NCBI GenBank assembly: GCA_013265495.1
Contig: MU057632.1
Span: 170,054-234,053, forward strand
DNA: 64,000 bases
From: Vicugna vicugna
Taxonomy: Eukaryota
Reading direction: 5' to 3'
Below, in pieces: positions 39,142-53,526 of this stretch (its first letter is position 1; each line of letters opens with the position of its first letter). The notes beneath the pieces are model-generated. The model ran no database searches. It was given only the letters and a program-made list of their open reading frames with translations, and was not told the origin of the DNA. A program made the position numbers and the translations under genes.

Positions 39142-40786
39142 GTTTCTTGAAGGTTCAAATCTTCTAAAAATATTTGGGTGTGTACTTGGCATGTTCAGAG
39201 TGATCAAATCTTACAAACACACGAAATCTTGAAAGATCTTAGCCACATTTCCAAATTCAGAATAGTTGTCACAGACAGATGAGAGAGATACTTTTTCCTT
39301 TGCCATTTTGTGCAGTGAATTAGGTTGAACAAGGAAACTACAAGGTTCACCTTACACTGTACTCTGTCACTTGATCTGGGACGCCCATCACTTCTATGGC
39401 CCTCTTACGCAGGCCTAGAAGGTTCCTCAAAAGTAATCGGGAACAGCCTGCTGCCTTCAAACAGGTGACATTTGGTTCCTCTGTGAAGATTACGTTTTAC
39501 TGACCTCATACCAAAAAGCCACATTTGAACATGTTTCACTTGGACAACTCAGTTGGACCATGAATCAGACTGTTATTTGTCCATTAAATAAAAGATTGAA
39601 AAATGTGTAGTTATTCTAAACGTACGTACAAATCTTGTTTCTGTTCTAATGGGGATTCATCACATGCTGATCCATGAAATTTTCTTCCAAAGCAATTGAT
39701 TTACTAGAGGTAATGTATTGAAATGAAGAAAAGGCCTGGAGAGTTAAGTAAACTTCACTGACAGTTAAACCACATCAGACTAAATTTGTAAGGTCACCAT
39801 GGATAGGTCCAAAGGTGGCTGAGTTACAAATGACATAACGTTGACTTTAGAACCACATGTTATACCAAGACCCGTGAGGCTCTGAGACAGGAAAAGAAAG
39901 ACGAAAGGACTGAGATGTGCTCATGTACCCACAGCTGCAAACAGCCATCGAAAGGCAGCAGGTAACTGGGAAAGATCCCGCGTTTTAGCTCAGAGGCCAG
40001 AAATACATTGGCATTGCCTCTGGCATTGGACTAAACCCAATTTTTAATTGGTTTTAAAGTCTGGGATGGAACATTCCTGCTGTCATCTGTGAAACGACCG
40101 TAGTTTGGAGAAGCTGAGTGACTCTTGGCCAAACCATCTGCCTTGTGCATTGTTCTGTTCCGGCCCCTTATCGGACAGGAAGTACCTGTTGGGCAGTAAT
40201 TTCACATCAGGTTACCGTGCTTCACGGTGTTGCTTGAGCAGAGAATTCAAAAAGAGAAAAAAAAAATCTCCAGAGAGAAAAATGAAGTGCCTTCCCTGGA
40301 GGTGCTTTGGGGCTGAATGGACCCGCAGGGAGGCCAGGAGCTTCTACCCGCTTTCCTCCACATCTTAGTGTCATGGCTTCCAAAAAGAAGTAAAGCCCCA
40401 GTCTAGCAGATGAGAGACAGCTGGACAAATAGGTTGCCTAGTGAAGGCCAGACAAGGTATCTTCAGATTGATTTAACTTTGAATTTTATCCTGTTCACTG
40501 TTGTAATTCCAGGACCTCATACACAGTCAAATTTCCATGATGTTTGGTTGAACGGATGCTGACTCTTTTGAAATGTGCATCCTATGAAATCACCTGAGTG
40601 CCAGAGAGAGTGTGAGGTGCCCACCTGCCTCCCCACACCCAGGACACTGCTCCACTCACACAGCACTGAATAAAAGCTGGAGCAAAGGAGTCTTCTTAGC
40701 AGTGTCTGGGGATGGGATAGCTCCAATTCTTCCTTAAGGAATTGGAGGGAGCAAAGGAGGAAACAAAAGATTACTCAACAGTTCCT

Positions 40787-40945
40787 GGGGTAGGGAGGGT
40801 ACAGCTTATTGGGAGAGCATGTGCTTAGCATGCACAAGGTCTTGGGTTCAGTCTATGGGACTGTCATTAAATAAATGAATGAATAAATAAATAAACTTAA
40901 TTAGTACTGCTCCCAAATAAATAATAATAAAAATTAAAAAAAAAA
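40787..40945 (+). mobile_element. Vic-1-like SINE (diverged)
   Basis: gggagggtacagcttattgggagagcatgtgcttagcatgcacaaggtcttgggttca plus (TAAA)n. Confidence 0.83.
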
Positions 40946-41214
40946 TCCCTGACTCCTGAAACCAAATGGGAAACTTGCTGTTGAAGAAGAAGCTAGTCTG
41001 AACTAGCTTGTAAATAAAGCCCCCAATTTCTCAGATTGGAAATAGCTAAAATAAGGTAGCCTCACCAAGGACTTTCAGCCTTTGGATTTTAATGGCTGCC
41101 AAAGAAGGGGGAGGGAAAAAAGAGCAAGGATTACAAATGCAGCCGGCAAATGACAACAGTGACAAAAACGATGAGCTTTTGTACATAGGGTTTTCTTCCC
41201 CCCCCAAAGGACTA

Positions 41215-41560
41215 ACATTCTATTTTTTAAAAATAGGCCAAATTCTTCAAAAATGTCGATGTCATAAAAGAGAAGGAAAGGCTGAGGAACTGTTCTGGAT
41301 GAAAGGAGACTGAAGAGCAGTGATGACTAAATGCAGTAGGTAATCCCAGACTGGACCCTGCACTGGAGGGGAAGCAGTGCTGTAAAGGACATTATTGGGT
41401 CAACTGGCAAAACCAGAATACAAGCAGGAGATGAGACAAAGTATCGTATTAATGTCCAGTTTATGGAAGATTGTATAAAAGAATATCCTTATTCTAGGAA
41501 ATCCACATTAAAATATTTAGGGACAGAGGGCCATGATGTAGGCAACTTACTTAAAAAAAT
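41215..41560 (+). mobile_element. Old L1MC/ME 3' region fragment
   Basis: cttcaaaaatgtcgatgtcataaaag...ggctgaggaactgttctggatgaaaggagactgaagag...aaaggacattattgggtcaactggcaaaa. Confidence 0.7.
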
Positions 41561-41599
41561 TAAGTTGATTAATTAAAAAAAACTGAGATGTAATTGACT

Positions 41600-41750
41600 A
41601 GGGTTTTCAATTTTATATTTTTTATTTATTTGTTTTTTCTTTCTTTCTTTTTTGTTGTTTTTCTTTTTAATGGAAGTACTGGGGATTGAACCCAGGACCT
41701 TGTGCCTGCTAAGCATGTGCTCTACCACTGAGCTGTACCCCCAAATCCCA
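41600..41750 (-). mobile_element. Vic-1-like SINE
   Basis: gtactggggattgaacccaggaccttgtg...ctctaccactgagctgtaccc. Confidence 0.88.
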
Positions 41751-41994
41751 TGATATACTTTTAAATATAATACTGGGAGATGCCAGATGTTAATTCAGGC
41801 AGTATCGTTATAATTCCAAGTTTGTACCCAGAAGAATGGAATCTCTCTGAAACCACAGCATCAAGGGAGCTGCAGAGATGTGACATTTATCAGGGGACAG
41901 TACGGTGGGAAACTCAAATTTCAGAGGGTAAAATACTTTGTCAGGTCTAACATTACTAGTGCGTAAAGTAAACCAGACTTGTAGTTATTCTATT

Positions 41995-42143
41995 TTTTAA
42001 ACTTTGTTTTTGCTCTTTTGTTTTAAAAAAGCTGAACCACTCTTAATTAATTAACTAATTTTTAATGGAGGTACTGGGGATTGAACCTAGAACCTTGTGA
42101 ATGCTAACCATGTGCTTTACCGCTGAGCTATACACTCTCCCCT
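41995..42143 (-). mobile_element. Vic-1-like SINE
   Basis: Antisense head; TSD CTTGTA(G/T)TTATTC. Confidence 0.87.
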
Positions 42144-42344
42144 TGTATTTATTCCTGGAGCATGCTAATTGGCACGCTTTACAAGGATTAATCCACTGCT
42201 ATACATTCACCTGATCAAGATCATAAAAGAATATTGCTTATACTGTAGAGCAGGAAGGGGTTTTATACTTAGTGAGTTTGCTTCCCAAATTCAGGGCAAC
42301 ACTCAAGAACCACATATTTCAGTACAACTTAATTTGACCCAAGT

Positions 42345-42575
42345 GGGTGTTCTAGAGTGAGACTGTCTGGCTCCAATCCCAGCTCCACCACTTACTGCCC
42401 AAGTGACTTTTAGTAACTTACTTCCCTTCTCTCTGCCCCAGTTTCTTCATCTGTAAAACAGGGATAATAAAAATATCTACCTCTCAGTGTTGTGATGAAG
42501 AGTAAATGAGTCCTTACTTTCAAGACACAAGGGTGCCTGGTGAATAAGCCCTCAACAGCTTTGGATATTCATTAA
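42345..42575 (+). mobile_element. MIR
   Basis: aatcccagctccaccacttact...gtgacttt...ctctctgccccagtttcttcatctgtaaaacagggataataa. Confidence 0.85.
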
Positions 42576-42618
42576 ATGCGGTGATACAGGAGACAGACGG
42601 GAAAAAGGATGTGCGTCA

Positions 42619-42774
<156 letters not shown>

Positions 42775-43073
42775 CTAAAATATCAAATGAGACACGTCAG
42801 AGAGAGGCGTCATGGAGCAAGCCACAGCAGGAAGCTCTGTGTATATTTCTGGACCTTCGGACCCTTCATCTAAAACACCTAGATGCTAGTGTCAAAGTTA
42901 ACATCTCCTCTTCTCCAAATTGCTCTAGCCCTGGAGAACACGTGAATCCCACTCTGTATTTCCCAGCATGCAATGCTATCCACTTTCCTGTCGCTAACAC
43001 TGGGCAAATTTAGAAGTCAGTTTTAATACTAAATGTGCAGACTGAATTACAGATCCACCTCGTCTGGAATATA

Positions 43074-43407
43074 TAGGTGTCCCTCAGTATCCTCAACAAA
43101 TTGGTTCCAGGTCCCCGGGGGACATCAAAATCCATGGATGCTCAAATCCCTCATATAAAATGGTGTAGTATTTGCATATAACCTCTCACATCCTTCCATA
43201 TAGTTTGTCTTCTCTAGATCACTTCTAATACCTGATACAATGTAATGCTATGTCAAAAGTTGTTAATACAATGTAATGTAAGGAGTTGCCCACACATGGT
43301 TCAAGTTTTGCTTGTTGGAACTTTCTGAAATTTTTTTTCTTAGTATTTTCCATCCACAGTTGGTTGAATCTGTGGATATGGGACCCCCAGATAAGGAGGG
43401 CTGACTG
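43074..43407 (+). mobile_element. MER2 (TcMar-Tigger DNA transposon fossil)
   Basis: ccctcagtatc...ttggttccagg...caaaatccatggatgctcaaatccctcatataaaatggtgtagtatttgcatataacct...gttggttgaatctgtggat...ggagggctgactg; TA on both flanks. Confidence 0.88.
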
Positions 43408-45059
43408 TAGAGTGTAACTGACTTTAGTTACAAATGAAATATATGAAATGAAAGAGCGCACCCTGAAAACCCAGCTTTACAGTTTTACAGGAAACAGTCC
43501 TTCATTTTGCTGCAAGGAGATCCTGGAGCCCTTGAGGGTCGTTCTCAGAGAAAGAGAAGTAACTGTTTAGGAGTGTGCCAAGTTCTTCTGTTATGATGAC
43601 AAAATCTTCTAAGACAGCCAGTTTTGACTGTGTTATCTCGTGTGGCACATAAATCCTTTGCCAGAAATGAGACTGACTGCTCTGGACCTGAAGCTTGTTA
43701 ATTACTATGCTGCCCTTTGGTGAAAACTGCCTTGAAAATACCACTTGCTCCAGCAAAATGACTTTGAGATTACTTAGGAAGAGCTGTGAGCAAACCCTGG
43801 GAAAGGCCAACTAAAGTAGCTCATTAGACAGTGGGTCACAGAAGGAGAAAGCAGATGGAATTTGCTAGAAAAAAGCAGCTCCCAAGCAAGCTTGTCACAG
43901 GCACCTTGTGGTCCTTTAATAGGGACAGGCACTGATTTTATCAAAATCTGTTTTCCTTACAAAAATATTTCCTTCTATTGTCTTTAAACAAGGGTTGACT
44001 CAGCATTTATAATGTAGAACAATATTTATTGATTCTTGTTATAATTGCTTAATTGTAAAGACACTACATAGTCTTTATTAGAATGTTCAAACATCACAGA
44101 AATGTATAACATAGAATGTAAAGGCCCTAATCCCCCCCATTCTCCCACCCTGTGCCCCAAGATAAATACCATTACCAAAATTAGAAAAATAGCATTTTTG
44201 TTGCAAGTTGCAGGTAAATGCCTGTTTCTTCAGTTGGCGCATGTGAAGATGTGTTGCACTTTCAAAATGCCTAGTAGAGCTATGTCATTCTAGACTTCTG
44301 TTATTTTGCACTAAGTAATCCACAGATTTTTCTCATGACGGGAAATGAATCTCCAATATCATCATTGCTTAGTTCCAGTGACCTGTGGGCTAAATCTCCA
44401 AAGATGACTCTGTGCACAGATAACCAAAACCATGGTCAAAATATACTCATTGATGATACGAGGTTTTGCTTTGGCTTTTAGTATTGAGTATATCTCTAGG
44501 AAGTTGGGTTTATTAATTTGTGAAGATGGTTACAATGCCACCTTAGGAAGAGTTGGTTGTGAACCCTGGGGAAAGGCCAGACTGCTTTTTAATCCAGCAC
44601 ACCTTTCCCACATAAAAAATATGCAGAGGTCCAACCCAGGTTTAATGGCAGGTCCACTTTTTCATCCCTGCCCCTGCCCCTGCCTCCTACTTGTGCCAAG
44701 AAGTTTGGCAATTCACTGGTGAAAGGTCGTATCATAAAAGAAGCCAAGAATTTCTCACCCATGGCCTGAGCAACCAGGCACTACTGTTCAACAATTTTTC
44801 TTTTTCATGGAGGCAGCTGATACCATTAGAGGTACAGCCATTATTCTGGAGTAAAGTAGGTCCTCACTACACTGATTCTACGCTGTATTCTGAGACAGGA
44901 TACTTTACATCTAGAAATTCTTTACTCAAGGGCCCTTGTTCAGGAATATTGCTTGCTGATTTTTTTTTTAAATGTTAGGAAAAATCCTTCATTTCCAAAT
45001 AAAGCAAGAGGACACTGTAATTGAATTTCACTATGAGACAAGAATTTCTGCCTTGGAGA

Positions 45060-46057
45060 AGGATTTGTCTTTCTGGGTCTGACTTATTTCATATTTCACT
45101 TAGCATAATGTCCTCCAAGTTCAACCATGTTATTGCAAATGGCAGTATTTCTCTTTTTAAAGGCTGAATAATATTCCATTTTGTGTATATGCATATATAG
45201 ATATATCAATCACATTTTATTTATTCATTTATACATTGATGGACACTTGGGTTGTCTCTATATCTTGGCTATTGTAAATAATGATGCAATGGACATGGGA
45301 GTGCAGATATCTCTGTAAGGAATCTCCATACTGTTTTTCATAGTGGCTGCACCAATTTACATTCCCGCCAACAGTGTAGGAGGGCTCCCTTTTCTCCACA
45401 CCCTCCCCAGTACTTATTATCTTTTGTCTACTTGGTAGTACCCATTCTAACAGGTGTGAGGTGATATCGCATTGTGCATTTCCCTGACGATTAGTGATGC
45501 TGAGCACCTTTTTATACACCTGTTGATCATTTGTATGTCTTCTTTTAAGAAATGTCTATTCGGGTCTTTGCCCATTTTTAAATCAAGTTTGTTTGTTTTT
45601 TTTCATTTTACTTTTTGTTATTGAGTTATGGAAGTTCTTTAGATATTTGGATATTAACTTCTTATCAGATGTCTGGTGTGCAAATGTTTTCTTCTATTCC
45701 AGAGGTTGTGACTTCACTCTGCTGATGGCTTCCTTGGCTGTACAGAAGAATTTTAGTTACATGCAATCTCACCTCTTTTTGCCTTTGTAGTCACACCAAA
45801 AAAAAAAAAATCATTGCCCAGACCAAGAGTCAAGAAGCTCTTTCTCTATGTTTTCTTCTAATAGTTTTATAATTTCTTGCCTTGTGTTTAAGTCTTTCAT
45901 CCATTCTGAGTTGTTTTTTTTTTAAATTAAACTATAGTCAGTTTCTGGTGTACAGCATACTGTTTCAGTCATACATATACATTGTGAGTTGATTTTTGTA
46001 CATGGTGTGAGGTAAGGGTCCAATTTCTTTCTTCTGCACTAGGATATCTCGTTTTCC
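45060..46057 (-). mobile_element. L1MA-like fragment (antisense ORF2 3' part)
   Basis: ORF 45229..45519 carries frameshifted ORF2 remnants ([19 protein letters not shown]). Confidence 0.85.
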
Positions 46058-48760
46058 CATTCATGATAAAAATTCTCAACAAGATAGGAATAGAGGTTGA
46101 CTTATCTCAATTTGATAAGTAGCATCTCCAAAACCCTACAGTTAATGTCACGCTTAATGATGAAAGACAAATGCTTTCCCCTAAAATCAATGACAAGAAA
46201 AGATGTTAGTTTCACCACTTTTATGTAACATAGTTGGATAGTATAGTCACTGCAGAAAGGCAAGTAAAAGAAATGAATGGCACACAAATCGGCAAGGCAG
46301 ATATAAACAATCTATATTTGTAGATGACATGATTGTCTATAGAGAAAATTGCAAGGAATATGCCAAAAAACCTCTTAGAACTGATAAATGAGTTCAGTAG
46401 GTTGTAAGATACAAGATCAACTTACAAAAATCAATCACATTTCTTGTTAGCTATCTTGATTGTGCTGCTGGTTTCATGGGTGTATACAGCTATCAAAATT
46501 TATCAAATTGTATATCTGAAATATGCATAGTTTACTGTACGTACACAATAAGGGTGTTATAAAAGAACTTAGCAAAAAAAAAATCACATTTCTGCATACT
46601 AACAATCAGAATGTGAAAACCAAAATTAAAAGCACAGTATTTTTTTAAACATTTTTTCATTGAGTTATAGTCATTTTACAATGTGCCAAATTCCAGTGTG
46701 GAGCACAATTTTTCAGTTATACATGAACATACCTATATTCGTTGTCACATCACAATATTATTTATATCAATTTCAAAGTACATAAAATGTTTAGCTATGA
46801 ACTTAACAAAACCTGTACAGGATATGTGTGCTGAAAATTATACAAAATGTTGATAAGAGAAATCAGAGATCTAAATAAATAGAAATACCATGTTCAGGAA
46901 TTGGAAGACAACATTAAAAGATATAAACTCTTCCTAAATTGGTTTGCAGGTTTAATATAATTCCTATCAAAATCTCAGCAAGTTATTTTCATAGACATAA
47001 AGAAACTTATTCTAAAATTTATGTGGAGAGGGACAGGCCCTACAGTAGCTTAAAAAATCCTGAAAAAAAGAAAGTTAAGTGAGAGGAATGATTTTATCTG
47101 ATATTAAGGCCTCCTGTACAGCTCTAATAATCAAAACTCTGTGTGACAGACACACAGAGAACAATGGAACATGATCTAGAACTTAGAAATATACTCAAAT
47201 GTGCTCAATTGATTTTTTGATAAAAGTACAAAGCAATTCAATGGAAGAAGAAATCACCTTTTTAATAAACAATGCTGGGCAATTGGACCCCCACAAGCAC
47301 TAAAATGAACCTCTATATCTCACACCTTACACAATCAATTGAAAATGGATCATGGGCTTAAATGTAAAAACTGTAAAACTTTTAGTAAATATCATAGGAG
47401 AAAAATATAGATATTTTGGCTAAACAACAATTTCTTAGACTTGACACCAAAAGCGTAAGTAATGAAAGGAAAAATTGATAAATTTGTCTTCATCAAAAAT
47501 AGGATGAAAAGCTGAACTATAGACAGAGAGGAAATATTTGAAAACCACATATCTGGCAAAGGATATGTCTCTGGAATATATAAAAATTGAATACTCAACA
47601 GTAAAAAACAACTCAACTAGAAAATGAGCAAAAAATGTGAACAGACATTTCACTGATGAGGACAATGTATGGCAAATGTGGAAAAATACTCAACAACATT
47701 GGCCATATGGGAAGTGCAAATTAAAATCACAATGAGATCACAGTAGGCACCTATCAGAATGGCTCAAATGAAAAATAGTGCCCACACGAGATGTTGGGGA
47801 GAATGTGGAAAAACTGTCCCCTATCATGCATTGCTGGTGGGAATGTGAAATGGTACGGCCCCTGCTGAAAAACAGGTAGATAGTTTCTTATAAAACCAAA
47901 CATGCATTTACTATATGACAAGGCAATTCTACTCTTGGGCATTCATGCCAAAGAAATGAAAACTGATATTTACACAAAAACCTGTACACGAATGTTCACA
48001 GTGGATTTATTCGTTATGACCCCAAACCAAAAACAGCCCAGATATCCACACCACGTGAATGGTGAAACAAGCTGTGTTACATCCATCTCACAGGAAATGA
48101 CTCAACAATAAAAATAAACGAACTACTGGTAACACACAACAACTTGGATGAATCTCTGGGGAATTATGCTGAGTGAAATAAAGGAATCCTCCAAAGTTAC
48201 ACGCCATCTTATCCCATCTACATAACGTTTTTGAATTGAGAACATTTTAGAAACGCAGAACAGATCAGTGGTTGCCAGAAGTTGAGGATGGTGAGAGGAG
48301 GGGTGTGCAGGCGGGAAGGAGGATGTGGGTGTGGTGATTGAGGGGGGTGAGGGTGGAATTGTTTGATGTCTGGATTGTTATGAGAGATACATGAACCTCT
48401 ACATGTGTTAAGACTGTATAGAGATAAATACCCAGATCCACATATAAATACTTCATGCAATACTGGGGAAATCTGTGTAAGATCCATGAATTGTATCAGT
48501 ATTATTACCCTGGTTGTGATATTACACTATAGTTTCACAAAATGTTATCATTTGGAGAAACTGGGTAACCATGTACATAGGGTATCTTCATAGTATTTCT
48601 TTTTTTTAAATTGAAGTATAGTCAGTTACACTGTGTCAGTTTCTGGTGTGCAGCACAATGTCCCAGTCATGTATGTGTATATTATTCATTTTCATATTCA
48701 TAGTGTTTCTTACAACTGCATGTGAGTCTACAACTACCTCATGAAAAATTCAATTAAAAA
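46058..48760 (+). mobile_element. Old L1MB/MC-like element (RT to 3' UTR) with nested short L1 tails
   Basis: cccattcatgataaaaattctcaac...tatttgtagatgacatgattgtctat (FADD region). Nested 3' end at ~46445-46580 flanked by TSD AATCACATTTCT. Confidence 0.82.
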
Positions 48761-48768
48761 AGTCATTA

Positions 48769-50260
48769 ATATTACAGAGCTACAGTAATCAAAACAGCAT
48801 GGTATTGGCATTAAAAACAGACATGGATAAATGAAACAGAATAGAGAGCACAGAAATAAATCCACAGATCTATGTCAATTAATCTTTGACAAAGGAGGCA
48901 AGACTATACAATGGAGAAAAGACAGTCTCTTTGGCAAGTGGTGTTAGGAAAACTGGATAGCAGCATGTAAATCAATGAAGTTAGAACACTCCCTCACTTC
49001 ATACACAAAAATAAACTCAAAGTGGCTAGAGACTTAAATATAAGACAAGACAATAAATATCCTAGAAGAAAACATAGGCAAAAACATTCTCTGGCATAAA
49101 TCTTAGCAACCTTCTCCTAGAGCAGTCTACCCGGGCAATGGACATAAGAGCAAAAATAAACAAATGGGACCTAATTAAATTCATAAGCTTTTGCATAGCA
49201 AAGGAATCCATAAGCAAAACAAAACAACAATGTATGGAATAGGAGAAAATATTTGCAAATGGTACAACTGACAAAGGCTTAATTTTCCAGAATATAGAAA
49301 CAGCTCATACAACTTAATAAGAAAAAAACAAACAACCCAATCCAAAAATGGGCAGAAGACCTAAACAAGCATTTCTCCAATGAAGACATACAAATGGCCA
49401 ATAGGCATATGAAAAAATGCTCAATATCACTAATTATCAGAAAAATGCTAATTAAACTACAATGAGGTATCACCTCACACCAGTCAGAATGGCCATCATT
49501 CAAAAGTCCATGAATGATAAATGCTGGAGAGGGTGTGGAGAAAAGGGAACCCTCCTACACTGCTGGTGGGAATGCAGTTTGGTACAGCCATTATGGAAAA
49601 CTGTGGAGATTCCTCAAAAATTAAAAATAGACTTACCATATGATCCAGCAATCCCACTTCTGGGTATATATCCAGAGGGAACTCTAATGCAAAAAGACAC
49701 ATGCACCCCAATGTTCATAGCACCACAATATACATAAGCCAATATATGGAATCAACCTAAATGTCAACTGACAGATGACTGGTAAAGAAGTTGTGGTATA
49801 TTTATACAGCCATAAAAAATAACAAAATAAAGCCATCTGCAGCAACATCAATAGACCTAGAGGTTGTCATTCTAAGCGAAGTGAGCCAGAAAGAGAAAGA
49901 AAAATACCATATGATATCACTCATATGTGGAATCAAAAAAAAAAAAAGACACTATGAACTCATCTACAAAACAGAAACAGACTCACAGACATAGTAAACA
50001 GTCTTATGGTTATAGGGGAAAGGGGGTGGGAGAGGATAAATTTGGGAGCTTGAGATTTACAAGTGTTAGCCACTATATGTAAAAATAGATTTTAAAAAAG
50101 TTTATTTTATACAGCACAGGGAACTATGTTCAATATCTTGTAATAATCTTTAATGAAAAAATATGAAAATGAATATATGTATGTCTGTGCATGACTGAGA
50201 CATTGTGCTGTACACCAGAGAGTGACACATTGTAACTGACTATACTTCAATTAAAAAAAA
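48769..50260 (+). mobile_element. Young camelid-type L1, 5'-truncated (~1.5 kb) with TSD
   Basis: ORF 49462..49737 ([46 protein letters not shown]) contains the ORF2 Cys-rich domain. Full 3' UTR present. TSD AAAAAAGTCATT on both sides. Confidence 0.93.
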
Positions 50261-53200
50261 GTCATTGCCTGTCATCCAACCAATTGGGGCAGGCTCTGAA
50301 GAAGTGATGAATTTCTCTTCAAGTCCAGATGCTGGATCTGACCTCACTGTGTTCTGGCTTCATGGTGCTCTCTAAGTGACCCCTTGGATGGGTTCTCCTG
50401 ATTTTATTTTCTATCGAGTTAAATGTTTGTTGGAAATGCTATGTTTGTTGGAAATGACAGATTTTGGATGAAATTCTTCTTAACCGGGCAGGGCCAGCCA
50501 AGACCCAGTTTCTTCCATCTTTGCTAGGATAAATCAGTGCATTTTCTTTACTTGGTTTTAATGGAAATAGAATGTCGTTTATTTACTCAAATGGTTGCTA
50601 AAGAGATTCGTGAATAATAGAGTACTTGACCTACATGGAGGAAGTTGTAATGTAAAGCTGGTGTTATTAGCGATGGTCTGTACTCCTTTTTTGAAGATCC
50701 TAGAGGCTTGGCTTTGACATGTCTCCATGGAACGGAAGGCATCGTTTATTTTAATCACCTGTCCTGAAGGATCTGTAGTGTTTCCTCAATTTTCCTCAGA
50801 GAATTTTGGTAAAACATAGAGTACCTTTCCTATTCTTCTTAGAGACTTAAGAAATGCATGTAGAAATTAAGAAACCAGAGAGGCAGGGTAGAGGTGGTTT
50901 TATATTCTGTTTAGAATATCTATTGAGAATACGAACCTAGCATTAATCCTCTTTTTAATTAATCTTCACATGTCACACCAGAGACCTGTGATGCCATTTC
51001 ACTGACATATAGGACTTTGCTGTATCGTTTGAGATTTAAATTCTCTTCTTACAGTTATTTCGTTTTTGTGTTACTCCAAGTGGTTTTAGGTCCAGACTGA
51101 TTTGTTTTTGAACAAATTCAACAATGCCTAGCAGCTCATGTTCTAATTGTTTTCTCATTAATTAACAGCATTTGTTCATTAAAACACAGTGACCTTTGTC
51201 TAATCTACAAGCTGTCTGCTGTGACTTAATTTTTTTCTGTTTGTACACCATCAAAGAGCCTTTTTGTGAAGATGAAATGCCGACATTGTCAACCCTATGA
51301 CATTTGCACCAAATCTTGAAGAGCTGTGGCTAATTAGATGTACAACATTGGAACGGCTGCCTTTACTCAGAATATCAACATAATCAATTTCTAGCTGTCT
51401 TTGCTCCTTTTTTGTGTGTGTAAAATAAAATAACATATTTTAAAAATATATTATAAAATAACATTTCCCGCAGGGAGAGGATGTGTGACGTCAACTGAGT
51501 TGTAAATTGCAAAGAAAGGCATCAGTCGGAAGGGCTGCAGTTATAATTCTTCATAATTTGGAAAATTCTACCAGTATAACACATGTTAAGGAAATGAAGT
51601 GAAGATCTGGGGATGGCGCTACAGTTAAATCAGGATGTGGAAATAAACATACAAAAGTAAATCATCTTTTGGATTCTTGCCTCTTCAAAGGGTGAAAAAG
51701 ACCCTAAACACCTGCGTACTGACCGTTACTCGGAAGCCATCACATGCCATCATCAATCTACCTGGCTTTCACATTTCTCTTTACTCATTAACTATTTATG
51801 CATTGGAAGAGAATTTAAGGAAATGGATGTTTTTACCAAATGGATTGATTCGATCTGGAGTTGAGGATAGAATCGAGCACCACTTTGAGGGTGGTGGTGA
51901 GAGTGTGATGGAATTGATGAGGTAGACACTGAGTAGGGGTGTGCAGAGAAGGGGGCACAGAAGTAAGAGTGGGGTCAGGGTGGGAGAAGGAACAAGGTGT
52001 GAAGGGGCATCTGTGTTCCTGCCTGTGCAAACAGTGGTTGAGATGGTTTTGAAGCCATGGGCTGGCCTTGTTGGCTGGAAAGCTCGGGAAGACACCAGTA
52101 GATGAGTTCTTTCCAGGAGCCCTGGGAAAGTCCAGTGCCTCCTGAGGTCCTCTACTTTCTGGCTGGTTGATTCCCCAAACTTCTATAGAAATAATCAATC
52201 CTTTCAAGTTTTTCACACCTGTTAAAATGTAAATCTCTCTCTGAAAAAGAATTCATTTAACCACATTTTAAGGACCATGTTCCTTTATCCCACGGGCTCT
52301 TCAGAAGAGGGGCAATTTGAAAATATCCCAAACCAAATGACTGATTCACACTTCGTCACCAAAGAAGGACCAGGGACAGTTCTTATCAGGTGTTGGGGCC
52401 GCAGGAAGAGGGCATATGGGCCCGAGGCAGGAAGTGGGTGCCCCCTGGTTGGGGAGAAGAGCAGGACACCCCTGGTTTCCCCGCGGTTCGGCCTAGTGGG
52501 GGTCCTGTGCATCCTAGTTGCTGCGGGAACTTCATGATGAGGACTCCTGCCTTCCTGGAGTGACCTTAAACACTTAGGGATGAGCTGGTTGCTGCCAAGT
52601 GCTAAAATGCCCACCATACCAGAAGGAGCCACCCAGGCGACCCTTCCATGTTGGTGTTTCATCTTCTCAAAGTTGTATCTACAACAGGGCGAAGGACGGC
52701 TTAGGCAAACCCTCCACCTGCCTGGGGAGGCGGTGGGGTCTGCTGTAGGTGCTCTCTGCTGAGGTGCCTGGGCTGGCAGTGCATGCAGTGGGGAACAGAC
52801 AGCAAACTCACTGAGTTCTTTTTGGTCTCCCACCCGCAAACCAAATGATCTCTTAATTGGTTTAAGGTTAATATACCGGTGTGTCTGCATGCAGCCCCGT
52901 GTGTGTATAGTGGGGAACAGAACTAAAGCACTGAGTCATGAACTCCAAGCTAGAAAAATTGAAAACAGTTTGCCGCAACTTGAACTGAACCCAGGTAGTC
53001 ATTCTGCTATGGTTTTGCCAAATAATCACAAATGAACCAGTTTAACTTGGAATGGAAGCCAGAAGTCCCGAATCGTATCAAAACGGGAACACCAAGAGCG
53101 CCTCCAAAAGGAAGGAAATCAAACCCAGTTTTCATTTCATTCAAATGTCTAATTTTTCCATTTCTCATTCTTCTATTGGTTTTTCTTTCTCTCAAGAATT

Positions 53201-53526
53201 ACATGAGCTTGCCCCTCAAAGAATTTAAAATTAAAATTTAAAATGAACATTGCTACTGGAAATAAAATGAGGCCATTGTACTAGTTTTATAAGAAGAAAA
53301 TATGTAAGAGCAATGGGATTTTCTTACTTATAAACATTTAAAATACTTATAAAAATTTAAATAAAATTCCTTAAAACAAATGAGTGATGTATTTCAATCA
53401 ACAGACATCCCTGGCCTTAAGAAACTGGTATGCGTCAGGCAAGTTGACTGATAAAGCAAATCTCATCTCCTTTTGGTGATGTTTCTCTTAATGTGCACAC
53501 CTGTGACAAGACAGTAACTGGGACAG

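Noticed and set aside
39790..39811. REST/RE1 site (caccatggatagg), looked for because KCNQ genes are REST targets
   Set aside because: Only about 13/20 match, and both the TCAGCACC and GGACAG half-sites are broken.
45060..48760. Twin-primed (5'-inverted) single L1
   Set aside because: Both the antisense and sense parts contain the ORF2 C-terminal region and look like different subfamilies, so they are separate insertions.
52285..52890. 201-aa minus-strand ORF
   Set aside because: No recognisable domain; a locally GC-richer intron segment where long open frames arise by chance.
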